A DNA stretch of 61,612 nucleotides from a virus (Duplodnaviria; Caudoviricetes). Position 1 is the first letter of the stretch; the number at the start of each line of letters is the position of its first letter. Of this stretch, positions 9,281 to 17,786 are shown piece by piece. The notes under the pieces are model-generated. The model did no database searches and was not told the origin of the DNA. It saw only the letters and a list, made by a program, of their open reading frames with translations. Made by a program: the position numbers and the translations under genes. The stretch lies in IMG/VR virus record IMGVR_UViG_3300045972_000408, positions 1 to 61,612 of that record; one strand, written 5' to 3'.

Positions 9281-9671
9281 CGGATGCGCCCTCGGCTTTG
9301 TTGGCGAGCATCTTCAGGCGGATGTTGATTGTCGCCGCGCTGCGCTTGCGGCCGAATTGCGCGAGGCTGGCTTCGGCGATCTCGCGGCAGACCGCGCCGG
9401 TGAGGCGCGTCGATTCGAGCATGGCGTCTTCGGCGGCGTCGAACGAGTGGACGACCACGCCGTTCTTGCGAACGCAGGAAAAGGGCTTGATCGGCTTCGG
9501 CGCCTTCAATCCCATGCTGTGCATGGCGAAGTTGATCGTGCCGGGATGGCGGTTCAGCTTCTGCGCGATGCGGCCGGCTTTCCAGCCGCGTTGCGAGAGC
9601 TGCTCGACCGTAGCGAGTTCGTCGGGCGAGAGGCGGCCTTTGACGATGGCGGGGGCGTCTTGCAGGCTCAT
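9270..9671 (-). CDS. HTH hypothetical protein
   Basis: AGRIAQKLNRHPGTI and REIAE helix-turn-helix-like segments. Confidence 0.7.
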   Translation of the reverse strand: MSLQDAPAIVKGRLSPDELATVEQLSQRGWKAGRIAQKLNRHPGTINFAMHSMGLKAPKPIKPFSCVRKNGVVVHSFDAAEDAMLESTRLTGAVCREIAEASLAQFGRKRSAATINIRLKMLANKAEGASDGR

Positions 9672-9673
9672 GG

Positions 9674-10798
9674 TCAAACCCTCATCGGCATGAGGACGAT
9701 CAGCAGATCGGCGTCGGTGGCGGTGCGGAGGATGGTGGGGCTTTGGCTGTCGTTCAGTTCGATCCGGGCGTTGTCGCCGTCGAGCGCCGACAGGGCGTCG
9801 GCGAGGTAGCGGCTGTTGAAGCCGATCTCGATATGCGCGCCGGAATAGTCGCTCTCGACCTCCTCCGCCGCGCTGCCGACATCCGGATTGGCGACGGAGA
9901 GGGCCAGCGTCGGGCCTTCGAACACCAGCTTGACCGCCTTGCCGCGCTCGCTGGAGACGGTCGAGACGCGCTCGGCCGCGCTGGCGGTTTCTCCGCACGA
10001 GACCAGGGCGATGTTGACGTTCTGGGTCGGGATGACGCGGGTGTAATCGGGGAAGCTGCCATCGATCAGCTTGGAGAGGATGGTGGTTTCGCCCGAGCGG
10101 ACCATGATCTTGGTGTTGCTCAGTTCGATGTCGACGTGCGGCGCGCCGGCCTTGTCGTCTTTGGCGGCGGCCTCGGCGAGGCGCTGGATTTCGACGCAGG
10201 CGAGGCGCGGGACGATCACGCCGAAGCTGGATTCGATGCCGTCAGGCAAGGGCGCCGCTATGCGCGCGAGGCGGTGGCCATCGGTCGCGACCAGGCGCAG
10301 CTCGGTCTCGTCGGCGTGGAAATAAATGCCGTTGAGGTAGTAGCGGGTTTTCTCGGTCGATATGGCGAACGAGGTCTTCTTGATCGCCCGCGCGAGGCCT
10401 TCGGCCGGCAGGGTGAAGCGGTGGGTGATTTCGCCCTTTTCAAGCGTCGGGAAATCGCTGGACGGCAGGGTCGCGAGATGAAACTTGGCGCGGCCGGCGC
10501 GGATGACGAGGCGCGAGGTCACTGCGTCGAATTCGAGCGTGACCGCGTCGGCGGCGAGCTTGCGGACGATCTCGGCGAAGGTCGCGGCCGGGACGGTCAG
10601 GTCGCCGGGTGCGGTGATGTCGGCTTCGAGCGCGGTGTGCGCCTCGAGGTCGAGATCGGTGGCGGCAAGCGTGAGTTTTTCGCCGCTGGCGGTCAGGCGC
10701 AGATTGGCGAGGATCGGGATCGTGGTGCGCTTCTGCGCCACCCGGGAGACGAAATCGAGCGCTTTTCCGAGCGCGGCGCGGGAGAGGGTGAGTTTCAT
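9674..10798 (-). CDS. dnaN: DNA polymerase III beta sliding clamp (phage copy)
   Basis: TIPILAN, ATDLD, RYYLNG, VATDGHRL, FPDY, IGFN.RYL, LMPMRV. Confidence 0.97.
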   Translation of the reverse strand: MKLTLSRAALGKALDFVSRVAQKRTTIPILANLRLTASGEKLTLAATDLDLEAHTALEADITAPGDLTVPAATFAEIVRKLAADAVTLEFDAVTSRLVIRAGRAKFHLATLPSSDFPTLEKGEITHRFTLPAEGLARAIKKTSFAISTEKTRYYLNGIYFHADETELRLVATDGHRLARIAAPLPDGIESSFGVIVPRLACVEIQRLAEAAAKDDKAGAPHVDIELSNTKIMVRSGETTILSKLIDGSFPDYTRVIPTQNVNIALVSCGETASAAERVSTVSSERGKAVKLVFEGPTLALSVANPDVGSAAEEVESDYSGAHIEIGFNSRYLADALSALDGDNARIELNDSQSPTILRTATDADLLIVLMPMRV

Positions 10799-11181
10799 TT
10801 TTGGCTCCGTGAAAGAATGGCGAGCGCTTCGCCCTGGAGGTCGTGCGGCAGCGCGCGGTCAAGCACGTGCAGGAATTCGGGAAGGTCGCCCCGGCGAAGC
10901 GCGGTGCGCAGCGCTTCCATTTCGTCCGCGAAGGCGTGATCGATGTCGTCCTCGTCTTCGTCGGGCCATCCGCACGCGCGGCTGGCGACGATGCCCCGGA
11001 TCACCGCGCGCAGATCGCCGCGCGACTTGATCTCTTCGAGCAATTGCTCGGTCGAGATGTCTTCGCCGGTGATGACGATTCTCTTGGTGACGTGGATGGC
11101 GGGCCTGACCTGCTCGCTTGTTGGCGTGGGCCAGATGAATTGAGCGAGGCGCTCGCGGGCCGCGCGAATGATCTGATGCAT
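10795..11181 (-). CDS. Hypothetical protein
   Basis: ATGA overlap with dnaN; start uncertain. Confidence 0.65.
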   Translation of the reverse strand: MHQIIRAARERLAQFIWPTPTSEQVRPAIHVTKRIVITGEDISTEQLLEEIKSRGDLRAVIRGIVASRACGWPDEDEDDIDHAFADEMEALRTALRRGDLPEFLHVLDRALPHDLQGEALAILSRSQK

Positions 11182-11201
11182 CTTGGTCTGTTCCGGCGTG
11201 G

Positions 11202-11271
11202 CGTGGATGGCCGGCACATAGGGTGTCAGATAGGACGCCCGTCTTTCGACGGTCTATGCCCGGCCATGACG
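11202..11271. repeat. REP-like palindrome with nested insert
   Basis: Minus strand CGTCATGGCCGGGC...GTGCCGGCCATCCACG enclosing CATAGACCGTCG...CCCTATG. Confidence 0.65.
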
Positions 11272-11284
11272 ATGCGGCGTGGCG

Positions 11285-12211
11285 TCAGGCGGCCATTTCC
11301 GGCGTGGCCTCGAAGGTCGGCAGCGCGGTTTTTTCGGCGGCGATCGCGAGGTCTGCGCACACGCGGGTCGTCACCGCGAGGTCGGGGCGGTAAATCTGGT
11401 AGAACCAGAGGATCCCGCCGCCCTGGATGCGGTAGCGCAGGCGCACCGGGATGCGCGCCTTTTCGCCCAAGAAGAACGGCGCGATCGACAGCAGGAACAG
11501 GCCGGGCACTTTCAGCACGTTGCCGCCGGCGTCGCGGTGCTCTTCCTCGAACACGATCTGCGCTGCGCCGGTTTGCAGGACGCTGGCGTTTTTCACACGC
11601 GATTCGACATTGACCTGCAGGCCGCGCGACAGCGTCACCAGCTCGGCCGGCGTGGCGATTTTCGTGGCGAAAAGGTCTTCGTAATATTGGGCCTCGTCGG
11701 CGGTCGGCGCGGTCAGTTCGGCGATGCGGTCTTCGATGAATGCGGCAAAGTCGATCTGTTTGAACACTTCGCCATTGGTTTTGACCCAGGCCTTCCATTC
11801 CTCCGACAGCGGGAATTCATAGGCGATACGGTGCTTGCCGTTGTCGGGCTCGCCGGCGGTCTTGGCCTCGTGATAGTCGATCACGGCGGTGAGGCTGGGC
11901 TTGGTCCAGGTCGTGTCGGCGAAAATGGCCGAATGTTCGGTCTGGTGGCGGATGGTCAGGGCGATGAAGCTTTCGAGCGTCAGGGCCTTGGCCACGCCGC
12001 GCTTGGTCGCGGGTTTGGTGCGCCACGCTTCGAACAGGTGGGCGACACTTTCGAGCTTCGGGGTTTTGCCGGCGATGGTGAGCGCGGGAATTTGCGCGGG
12101 AATTCCGGCGGCGCCTATCGGCGCCTCGACATCAATGACTTCGGCGCCGCGCGATTCGGCGGCGAGGTCGATCAATTTTTCAAGGGTTTCTGCGTTGGCG
12201 AGTTCGGTCAT
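11285..12211 (-). CDS. DUF2303 (YfdQ-like) protein
   Basis: LTAVIDYH, HR..Y.FPLSEEW..W, FAAFIEDRI. Confidence 0.88.
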   Translation of the reverse strand: MTELANAETLEKLIDLAAESRGAEVIDVEAPIGAAGIPAQIPALTIAGKTPKLESVAHLFEAWRTKPATKRGVAKALTLESFIALTIRHQTEHSAIFADTTWTKPSLTAVIDYHEAKTAGEPDNGKHRIAYEFPLSEEWKAWVKTNGEVFKQIDFAAFIEDRIAELTAPTADEAQYYEDLFATKIATPAELVTLSRGLQVNVESRVKNASVLQTGAAQIVFEEEHRDAGGNVLKVPGLFLLSIAPFFLGEKARIPVRLRYRIQGGGILWFYQIYRPDLAVTTRVCADLAIAAEKTALPTFEATPEMAA

Positions 12212-12244
12212 GATTGGCCTCTTTGAAGTGCTGGGGGTGAAGGG

Positions 12245-12589
12245 TCAGGCGTTGGCGCGCGGCGCGACTTCGCGCGGGCCGTTGAACATGTCGGTCTGGC
12301 GCGGGTCTTCGTTGTGCAAGGCGCCCGAGCCGTCGACGAAGAAGAAGCTGCTTTCGCGGACCTTCTTCGGACGTTTGCTGTCGAGTTCGACGTCGATGGT
12401 GGTGCCGCCGCCCTGGCTGGTGAACTTGATTTTGAGGGTCACGCTGCCGGTGACTTTGGCCTTGACGCGGCCGGCGCGGTTTTCCTCCATCGCGGCAAGC
12501 GTTCCGGTGATTTCCTCGGTCAGATCGCTCGGCAATTCGCCGCCGGCGAGAAGGCTCATCAAGGTGTTGGCGTCTCTGATTTTGGCCAT
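12245..12589 (-). CDS. YfdP-like hypothetical protein
   Basis: GSVTLKIK...FFVD..G.L...DPRQTDMF; directly upstream of DUF2303. Confidence 0.7.
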   Translation of the reverse strand: MAKIRDANTLMSLLAGGELPSDLTEEITGTLAAMEENRAGRVKAKVTGSVTLKIKFTSQGGGTTIDVELDSKRPKKVRESSFFFVDGSGALHNEDPRQTDMFNGPREVAPRANA

Positions 12590-12600
12590 GGGGGGCTCTT

Positions 12601-13209
12601 TCAGGCGGCTCGGCGGCGCAGCGCCGGCAGGTGGGTTTTGAAGAGTTTGTAGAGGTCTTCCGCCACCACCGACGCGGGGCGCAGGCGGTAGGTTTTGGGC
12701 AGCGCGGCGTGAGCTTCGACGTCCGCCGCCCAGGGTTTGGGCGTGCGGGCGAGGAAGTCGCGGCGCTCGGTTTGCAGCGCGCGCAGGTCGGCGGTGCGGA
12801 TGCGGCGGCGGGCACGGGCGTCTGGCTGCGGAAGACCGGCAGCTGCATAGATGGCCACGTCGATTTGCAGTTTGAGGGTGACGATGGCGGCTTTGACCGC
12901 GCTTTCCGCCCTCTGTCCCTCGATCGCGCCGGCCATGGTGGCCAGCGCCTGGGCCGTCGGCGTACTGATGTCGCCGATAAAGGCCTCGTGCGCGTCATGG
13001 AGCAGCGCGTGGGCGCGGTCTTCGGGATCGGCGGCGTCGAACACGATGATCGTGTGTTGCGCGACGCTGATCGGCTTTTCGAAGGCGCCGTTGTAGCGGT
13101 TGATATAGGCCAGCGTTTCGGCGATCTCGGCGAAGTCGACCATGTCGGGGTCGGGCGCGAGCAGGTCGAAGGCCTTGCCGGTGCGGGTCTGGGTCCAGAT
13201 GTCAGGCAT
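12601..13209 (-). CDS. HD-domain phosphohydrolase (YfdR-like)
   Basis: SVAQH, ALLHDAHEAFIGD, ADLRAL.TERRD. Confidence 0.9.
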   Translation of the reverse strand: MPDIWTQTRTGKAFDLLAPDPDMVDFAEIAETLAYINRYNGAFEKPISVAQHTIIVFDAADPEDRAHALLHDAHEAFIGDISTPTAQALATMAGAIEGQRAESAVKAAIVTLKLQIDVAIYAAAGLPQPDARARRRIRTADLRALQTERRDFLARTPKPWAADVEAHAALPKTYRLRPASVVAEDLYKLFKTHLPALRRRAA

Positions 13210-13215
13210 GGCGCG

Positions 13216-13317
13216 TCACAATCCGATCAGAGAGCAAAAAAAGGCGAGGGTCAGGCCGAGGGCTGCGCCCGAAAGCGCATTGGCGGCGAAGTCGGCAAGT
13301 GTGGCGGCGCTTTCCAT
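13216..13317 (-). CDS. Small membrane peptide
   Basis: Coupled start, hydrophobic C-terminus. Confidence 0.45.
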   Translation of the reverse strand: MESAATLADFAANALSGAALGLTLAFFCSLIGL

Positions 13318-13550
13318 CACGGAATTTCCCTTGGCAGGTCGCGGGCGGCGCTGAGGAGATTTTGCGTCATCAGCCGGGTTTCGTTGGCGGCTTGCGCCAG
13401 ACGCTTCGCCGCCTTTTCGAGTTTTTGCGCATCGGGATTTTGGCGCATCAGCAGTCCTGACAGGTCGCTGACAGCGAGCGTCTGCGACACGCTGCATCGC
13501 AGGATGCCGTTCATTTCGGTGCGGATGCTCGACAGGTCAGCATCGGGCAT
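13317..13550 (-). CDS. Hypothetical protein
   Basis: Tightly packed in left operon. Confidence 0.55.
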   Translation of the reverse strand: MPDADLSSIRTEMNGILRCSVSQTLAVSDLSGLLMRQNPDAQKLEKAAKRLAQAANETRLMTQNLLSAARDLPREIP

Positions 13551-13551
13551 T

Positions 13552-13935
13552 TCAGCGGACCATCGCCGGCGAGCGGGTGACGGGAACGCCAAAATCCAGC
13601 GCCACCGCTTTGGCGACGATCTCGTAAAGCTCGGCCACGGTTTCGTCGCGCCGCAGCGCGAAACACGACCGCACGGCGGGCGGGTAGCGCCCTGCCCCGT
13701 CGAACGTCATGCCGCGCATGCGTTCGAGCAGCGCGAGCGCGTCTTCGTGCTGGCCGTCGGACACCGCGAAGCGCACCGTCTCGGCAAGCAGGTCGAGTTC
13801 GCATTCGATATGGGCCATGACGGCGGCGGCGGCGCGGCGGTCGGGCGCGGGCGCCTTGCTCAGCGCGCGGACCTGCGCACCGAGAAACCGGTCGGCCATA
13901 TCGACGATGCGGGCGGCGGGGTGAAGGTTCGTCAT
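13552..13935 (-). CDS. Hypothetical protein
   Basis: ATGA overlap, GAGG RBS. Confidence 0.65.
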   Translation of the reverse strand: MTNLHPAARIVDMADRFLGAQVRALSKAPAPDRRAAAAVMAHIECELDLLAETVRFAVSDGQHEDALALLERMRGMTFDGAGRYPPAVRSCFALRRDETVAELYEIVAKAVALDFGVPVTRSPAMVR

Positions 13936-14129
13936 GGCCGGGCCTCTTTGAAAGCGAGGCCGCGCGCGGCGGCGGGATGGGCCGCCGGCGATGCGGGGAG
14001 GCCGCAAGACGGCGCCGGCGTCGTGAAGGCGGCGTCAAGCGCGGCGTAAGTCCATGCCAGCATCACCGTGGCGAAAGCCAGGGTGAGAAAGGCGGCAGTG
14101 AAGGTGAGGTTGCCAGATCGACGGAGCAT
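13932..14129 (-). CDS. Small membrane protein
   Basis: One TM segment; coupled at both ends. Confidence 0.6.
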   Translation of the reverse strand: MLRRSGNLTFTAAFLTLAFATVMLAWTYAALDAAFTTPAPSCGLPASPAAHPAAARGLAFKEARP

Positions 14130-14896
14130 CAGGCTTCCCCTTCGATGTGGGGCGCATGCCTGTTGCCTTCGAAGCGCGCGAGGTTTTCGCGCATGACGGC
14201 GTCGAAAGCGACGAAGGGCTTGGCTTGCGGGCTTGACCGGTCAAAGACGCCCGTCGCGTCGCCGCGCGGATGGGCGGGATCAATGCCCCACTGGCTGGCG
14301 ACGGTGATCCGCTCGTCATCGGGCGCGCGGGTCTCGGACCAGGCGCGCGCCGCCAGCTCGCGGGCTTCCATCTGAAACTGGGTGATCTGGCGGCGGGACC
14401 AACCGCAATCGACCAGCGCCTCAAAACCGGCAAAGCAGTGTTCGCGCCTGAGATCGTTGAGGTCTTGAGCCATCAACGCAATGATTGCGCGCGGCTCCGT
14501 CAGCCCGCAGCGCGGGCCGGAAATGATGGGACATGGCCTTGCATATTCCAGGCTGGCGCCGGCATTGTCCGCGTTGGAGGAATCGACCCCATGGCCAGCA
14601 TGATCGCCCATTGGATTGTCGCCGACGCTTATCGTCGTCTGGCCGTCGCCGCTGCAGGGGAAGGGGGGCTTGACGATATTGCCATCGCCGCTATCGAGCA
14701 AAGCGCTGTGAACGCCGCTATCGAAGCGGCGCGAAGCGGCGCGCTGCCCGGCGGCAAGGCTGGCGCGCATGAAATTGCCGATGGGGTCAAGGTTGCGGGC
14801 GGGCTGTTCCGCCAGTTGCGTCTCATTCGGGACGGCGTCCACTGACGCGCGCGCATCCATCGGTCCCGCGCAGGGACCGGAAAGGCTCTTTGGCAT
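14129..14896 (-). CDS. First ORF of leftward operon, hypothetical
   Basis: GGAG RBS 8 nt upstream of ATG 14896; C-terminal half protein-like. Confidence 0.55.
   Translation of the reverse strand: MPKSLSGPCAGPMDARASVDAVPNETQLAEQPARNLDPIGNFMRASLAAGQRAASRRFDSGVHSALLDSGDGNIVKPPFPCSGDGQTTISVGDNPMGDHAGHGVDSSNADNAGASLEYARPCPIISGPRCGLTEPRAIIALMAQDLNDLRREHCFAGFEALVDCGWSRRQITQFQMEARELAARAWSETRAPDDERITVASQWGIDPAHPRGDATGVFDRSSPQAKPFVAFDAVMRENLARFEGNRHAPHIEGEA
14591..14845 (+). CDS. Nested antisense hypothetical protein
   Basis: GGAGG at 14576-14580, GNN-rich codons. Confidence 0.45.
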   Translation: MASMIAHWIVADAYRRLAVAAAGEGGLDDIAIAAIEQSAVNAAIEAARSGALPGGKAGAHEIADGVKVAGGLFRQLRLIRDGVH

Positions 14897-14932
14897 TGGC
14901 AAGGCTCCATCGGTGGGAAGGCCGATGGAGAG

Positions 14933-14982
14933 AACCTAATACGGTAATTTTACCGCGTCAATCATAATCGGTAAATTTACCG
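14933..14982 (-). promoter_or_regulatory. PL promoter with OL operators
   Basis: TTGACG-17-TAGGTT; CGGTAATTTTACCG (14942-14955) and CGGTAAATTTACCG (14969-14982). Confidence 0.85.
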
Positions 14983-15052
14983 CTTTTCCGCCGCTCGACG
15001 CTGTTTTAGTTATGGGCATTGGCGAAATTGTATTTTTTGGGCGCATTTACCG

Positions 15053-15898
15053 ATGGATTTCATTGCTTTGGACGTCGAGACCGCCAACGAGAATTTCGGA
15101 AGCATCTGCGCTATCGGCATCGCTGGCTTCAAGGACGGCGAACTCGTCAAATCATTAGAGTATCTGATTGATCCGCAAGACCATTTCTCTCAAATCAATA
15201 TCGACATTCACGGCATCACGCCGGCAATGGTTGCCGGCGCGCCCAATTTTGCCGGCATCCTTCCGCTCCTGACAGAGTCATTCGGCGCCATTCCTATCGC
15301 TTATCACACTCATTTTGACAGAGCGGCTGTCAACCGCGCGGCGGAAGCCGCTGGGTTGCCAGCTCCGCTATTCGCCTGGATTGACACTGCGCGCATCGCG
15401 CGTCGGACGTGGCCGAGATTCTCGCAACGCGGCTATGGCCTTAAAAATCTCGCCAAAGAGTTCGGGTTTAATTTCATCCATCACACCGCGCCCGAAGATG
15501 CTCGATGCGCCGGCCTCATTCTATTGAAGGCAATATCGGATAGCGGCCTCGGGCTCGCGGAATGGCAGGCTCTTGCGTCGCGACCTTTAACGCCGCGCCC
15601 GCGGGTCGCATTGGAGGGAAACCCAGACGGAGATTTGGCGGGAGAGGTCATCTGTTTTACCGGTGCGTTGACGCTCCCGCGAGCAACGGCGGCCGCGCTC
15701 GCCGCTGATTTAGGATGCGATGTCCGCGATAGTGTCACTACGGCGACGACCATTCTTGTCGTCGGCGAGCAAGATTTGCATAAGACTGCCGGCCAGCAAA
15801 AAAGTTCGAAACACCGCAAGGCAGAGGATATGATCGCCAAGGGGCAGGCTATCCGCATCGTCGGCGAGCACGATTTTCTTCAACTTGGCGTCAGCTAA
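15053..15898 (+). CDS. DEDDh 3'-5' exonuclease with C-terminal BRCT domain
   Basis: LDVETAN, FD, HTAPEDA; FTG.L..R..A..LG.....VT..T..LVVG...SSK BRCT. Confidence 0.93.
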   Translation: MDFIALDVETANENFGSICAIGIAGFKDGELVKSLEYLIDPQDHFSQINIDIHGITPAMVAGAPNFAGILPLLTESFGAIPIAYHTHFDRAAVNRAAEAAGLPAPLFAWIDTARIARRTWPRFSQRGYGLKNLAKEFGFNFIHHTAPEDARCAGLILLKAISDSGLGLAEWQALASRPLTPRPRVALEGNPDGDLAGEVICFTGALTLPRATAAALAADLGCDVRDSVTTATTILVVGEQDLHKTAGQQKSSKHRKAEDMIAKGQAIRIVGEHDFLQLGVS

Positions 15899-15905
15899 GC
15901 TGAAA

Positions 15906-16523
15906 TCATTTCGGGCAGATCGCCGTGATCGCCGCCACCCATTCGATTTGAGCATCGTAAATCGGCGGCTCGAATTGCGAGAGCAGCGTCCATCGCCCGG
16001 CTCTCTGACCTTTAGCCAAAAGTTTAATCAACACGCGTCCATCAACCAGCCCGACGACACAGACACGGCCTATGAATCGCGGCGACGCTGGCCGGCGCAC
16101 CTGATCGTACAGCGCCAACCACCCATTGAAAAATGGCCCTAGACTTTCGCCTCTGATTTCGACGGCGACCGTCAATAAGCTGATTTCCGGCCCTTTCACA
16201 TCGCCGAATGGGCCTTGTCCTTGATCAAACAAATGCGTCGCCGCGCCCGCTCCGACATGCCCGACCAGCGGGATCGCTAGCGGCTCCGCTTCGCTCGTTT
16301 CCTCAGGCCCTTTCCCCTCCATTAGCCACGTGACAGTTGTTTTCAGCACGGGCGCCAGCGCATTCAATGTTGTGATCGTCGCGCCGCGCCGCCCGGCGGC
16401 GACACCGCGCTTGATGTTGCGAATTCCGTCGGCGCTAAGGCCGGCCTGCTTCGACGCCGCAGTGGCTGAAAGGCCGACCACGTCGAGGCGCTTTTTAATC
16501 CGTTTGAGAATGTCGTCGAGCAT
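15906..16523 (-). CDS. CI-like repressor (HTH + S24 peptidase)
   Basis: XRE HTH, VGHVGAG cleavage region, GES..P serine, LIK lysine. Confidence 0.9.
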   Translation of the reverse strand: MLDDILKRIKKRLDVVGLSATAASKQAGLSADGIRNIKRGVAAGRRGATITTLNALAPVLKTTVTWLMEGKGPEETSEAEPLAIPLVGHVGAGAATHLFDQGQGPFGDVKGPEISLLTVAVEIRGESLGPFFNGWLALYDQVRRPASPRFIGRVCVVGLVDGRVLIKLLAKGQRAGRWTLLSQFEPPIYDAQIEWVAAITAICPK

Positions 16524-16527
16524 CGGG

Positions 16528-16604
16528 CAGCAAAATGACCGCTCATGCCTCCTTGGGCTATCGGTAATAAAACCGTTGACAAGCGCGGTAAAATTACCGA
16601 TATT
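16528..16604 (+). promoter_or_regulatory. PR promoter with three OR operators
   Basis: TTGACA(16576)-17-GATATT; 14-mers at 16528-16541 (degenerate), 16562-16575, 16586-16599. Confidence 0.85.
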
Positions 16605-16611
16605 CGGTTCC

Positions 16612-16857
16612 ATGAACAATATTCAACACCTTATTGCAGTGGCAGATGCCTATGCCCGACATCGGGGAATTGGGCTATCGGCTCTCTCGTCGAGAATCTT
16701 TGGTGACTCCAAAAAACTTCCAGCCCTCGTAGAAGGCCGCTGCGACATCTATTCGCGGCGCCTCGAAAGGGCGATTCTCTGGCTTTCCGATCATTGGCCA
16801 GACGGAGCGGATTGGCCGACTGACGTGCCGCGTCCTCAATCGGGAGGCGACGCGTGA
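16612..16857 (+). CDS. Cro-like protein
   Basis: Divergent from cI; LSSRIFGDSKKL...WLSDHWP.GA.WP..VPRP. Confidence 0.85.
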   Translation: MNNIQHLIAVADAYARHRGIGLSALSSRIFGDSKKLPALVEGRCDIYSRRLERAILWLSDHWPDGADWPTDVPRPQSGGDA

Positions 16858-17084
16858 TGGCGGGTTTAGAAGCGGCCTTTGCTTTTGGTTCAGTAGCAAC
16901 CATCGCTTTTGTATTTTGGGCGGAAAATTTCCGTTCGGATGTCACCCGCAGACTTAAGAAACTCGAAGAAAATCAGAAATATATTTTTGATTGGCAGGCC
17001 GCCGTCATAGCGCGCGAGTGCGAAAAACGCGGAATTCCATCGCCTCCTTCGAGGAACGGTGGCGGCAGTCTCAGGGGAGGATGA
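16854..17084 (+). CDS. Small membrane protein
   Basis: GTGA overlap, N-terminal TM. Confidence 0.6.
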   Translation: MMAGLEAAFAFGSVATIAFVFWAENFRSDVTRRLKKLEENQKYIFDWQAAVIARECEKRGIPSPPSRNGGGSLRGG

Positions 17085-17087
17085 GGG

Positions 17088-17261
17088 ATGGCTCAGGGCG
17101 ATCTTCCCTATCTCAAACAATTAGCGCGGTCCGGACTGCGTTTCGTCAAGAAGGGCTCGTCGGCGCAAGACGATTTCGTCGATGCCTTGGAAAAGGTTTT
17201 TGGTCGATCGCAAATCTCCGTTGTGGATGAGCGCGGCAATCCACACCGGAAGAACGTATGA
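17088..17261 (+). CDS. 57-aa hypothetical protein (below ORF-track cutoff)
   Basis: GGAGG RBS; MAQGDLPYLKQLARSGLRFVKKG... Confidence 0.5.
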   Translation: MAQGDLPYLKQLARSGLRFVKKGSSAQDDFVDALEKVFGRSQISVVDERGNPHRKNV

Positions 17262-17489
17262 AGGCGGACGAATGAGAATGACCGATCCGGTGGCCTCGTT
17301 TGCTCATAAATGGAGGATTCCCGACGCAAACGAACTGGAAGCTGATCGCCGTTGGCGCCTGCGGATGATGTTCGCTGGTCGACCCGAAAGCGCCAGCAGG
17401 GGTTGTGCCAATTGGGGGCCTCGTTGGCTTCGGCGCCTGCGGATGATTCCCGGGCGGGGCGACTTCGCGCTGATGACTTCGGCGCAAGC

Positions 17490-17786
17490 CTATCGTTTGG
17501 GAGGTCGGCGATGATTGTCGTATCGCGCTTGCCCATAAGTGGGTGGGTTTTTAAGGCGCTCGGCCAATTCGACATTTCCTTCGCTGAGGCGGCGCAGATC
17601 GATCATTTTCGCTTCGATCAGCTCTTTAAAAGGGTGATCCCGCGCCGGACCCATAATCTCTGCGAAAAACGCAGACTCTGCTGCCTGTACGTCTCCTTTG
17701 CGCCCCGCGAGCGCCAAGCGCGCAGCGAGCATCCGCGCCAGCTCGCACAGCGCGATGATCAATTGGCGGTCATTTTCGCTAGCCAT
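17490..17786 (-). CDS. Antisense hypothetical protein in right operon
   Basis: GAGGA RBS; helical protein-like MASENDRQLIIALCELARM... Confidence 0.55.
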   Translation of the reverse strand: MASENDRQLIIALCELARMLAARLALAGRKGDVQAAESAFFAEIMGPARDHPFKELIEAKMIDLRRLSEGNVELAERLKNPPTYGQARYDNHRRPPKR

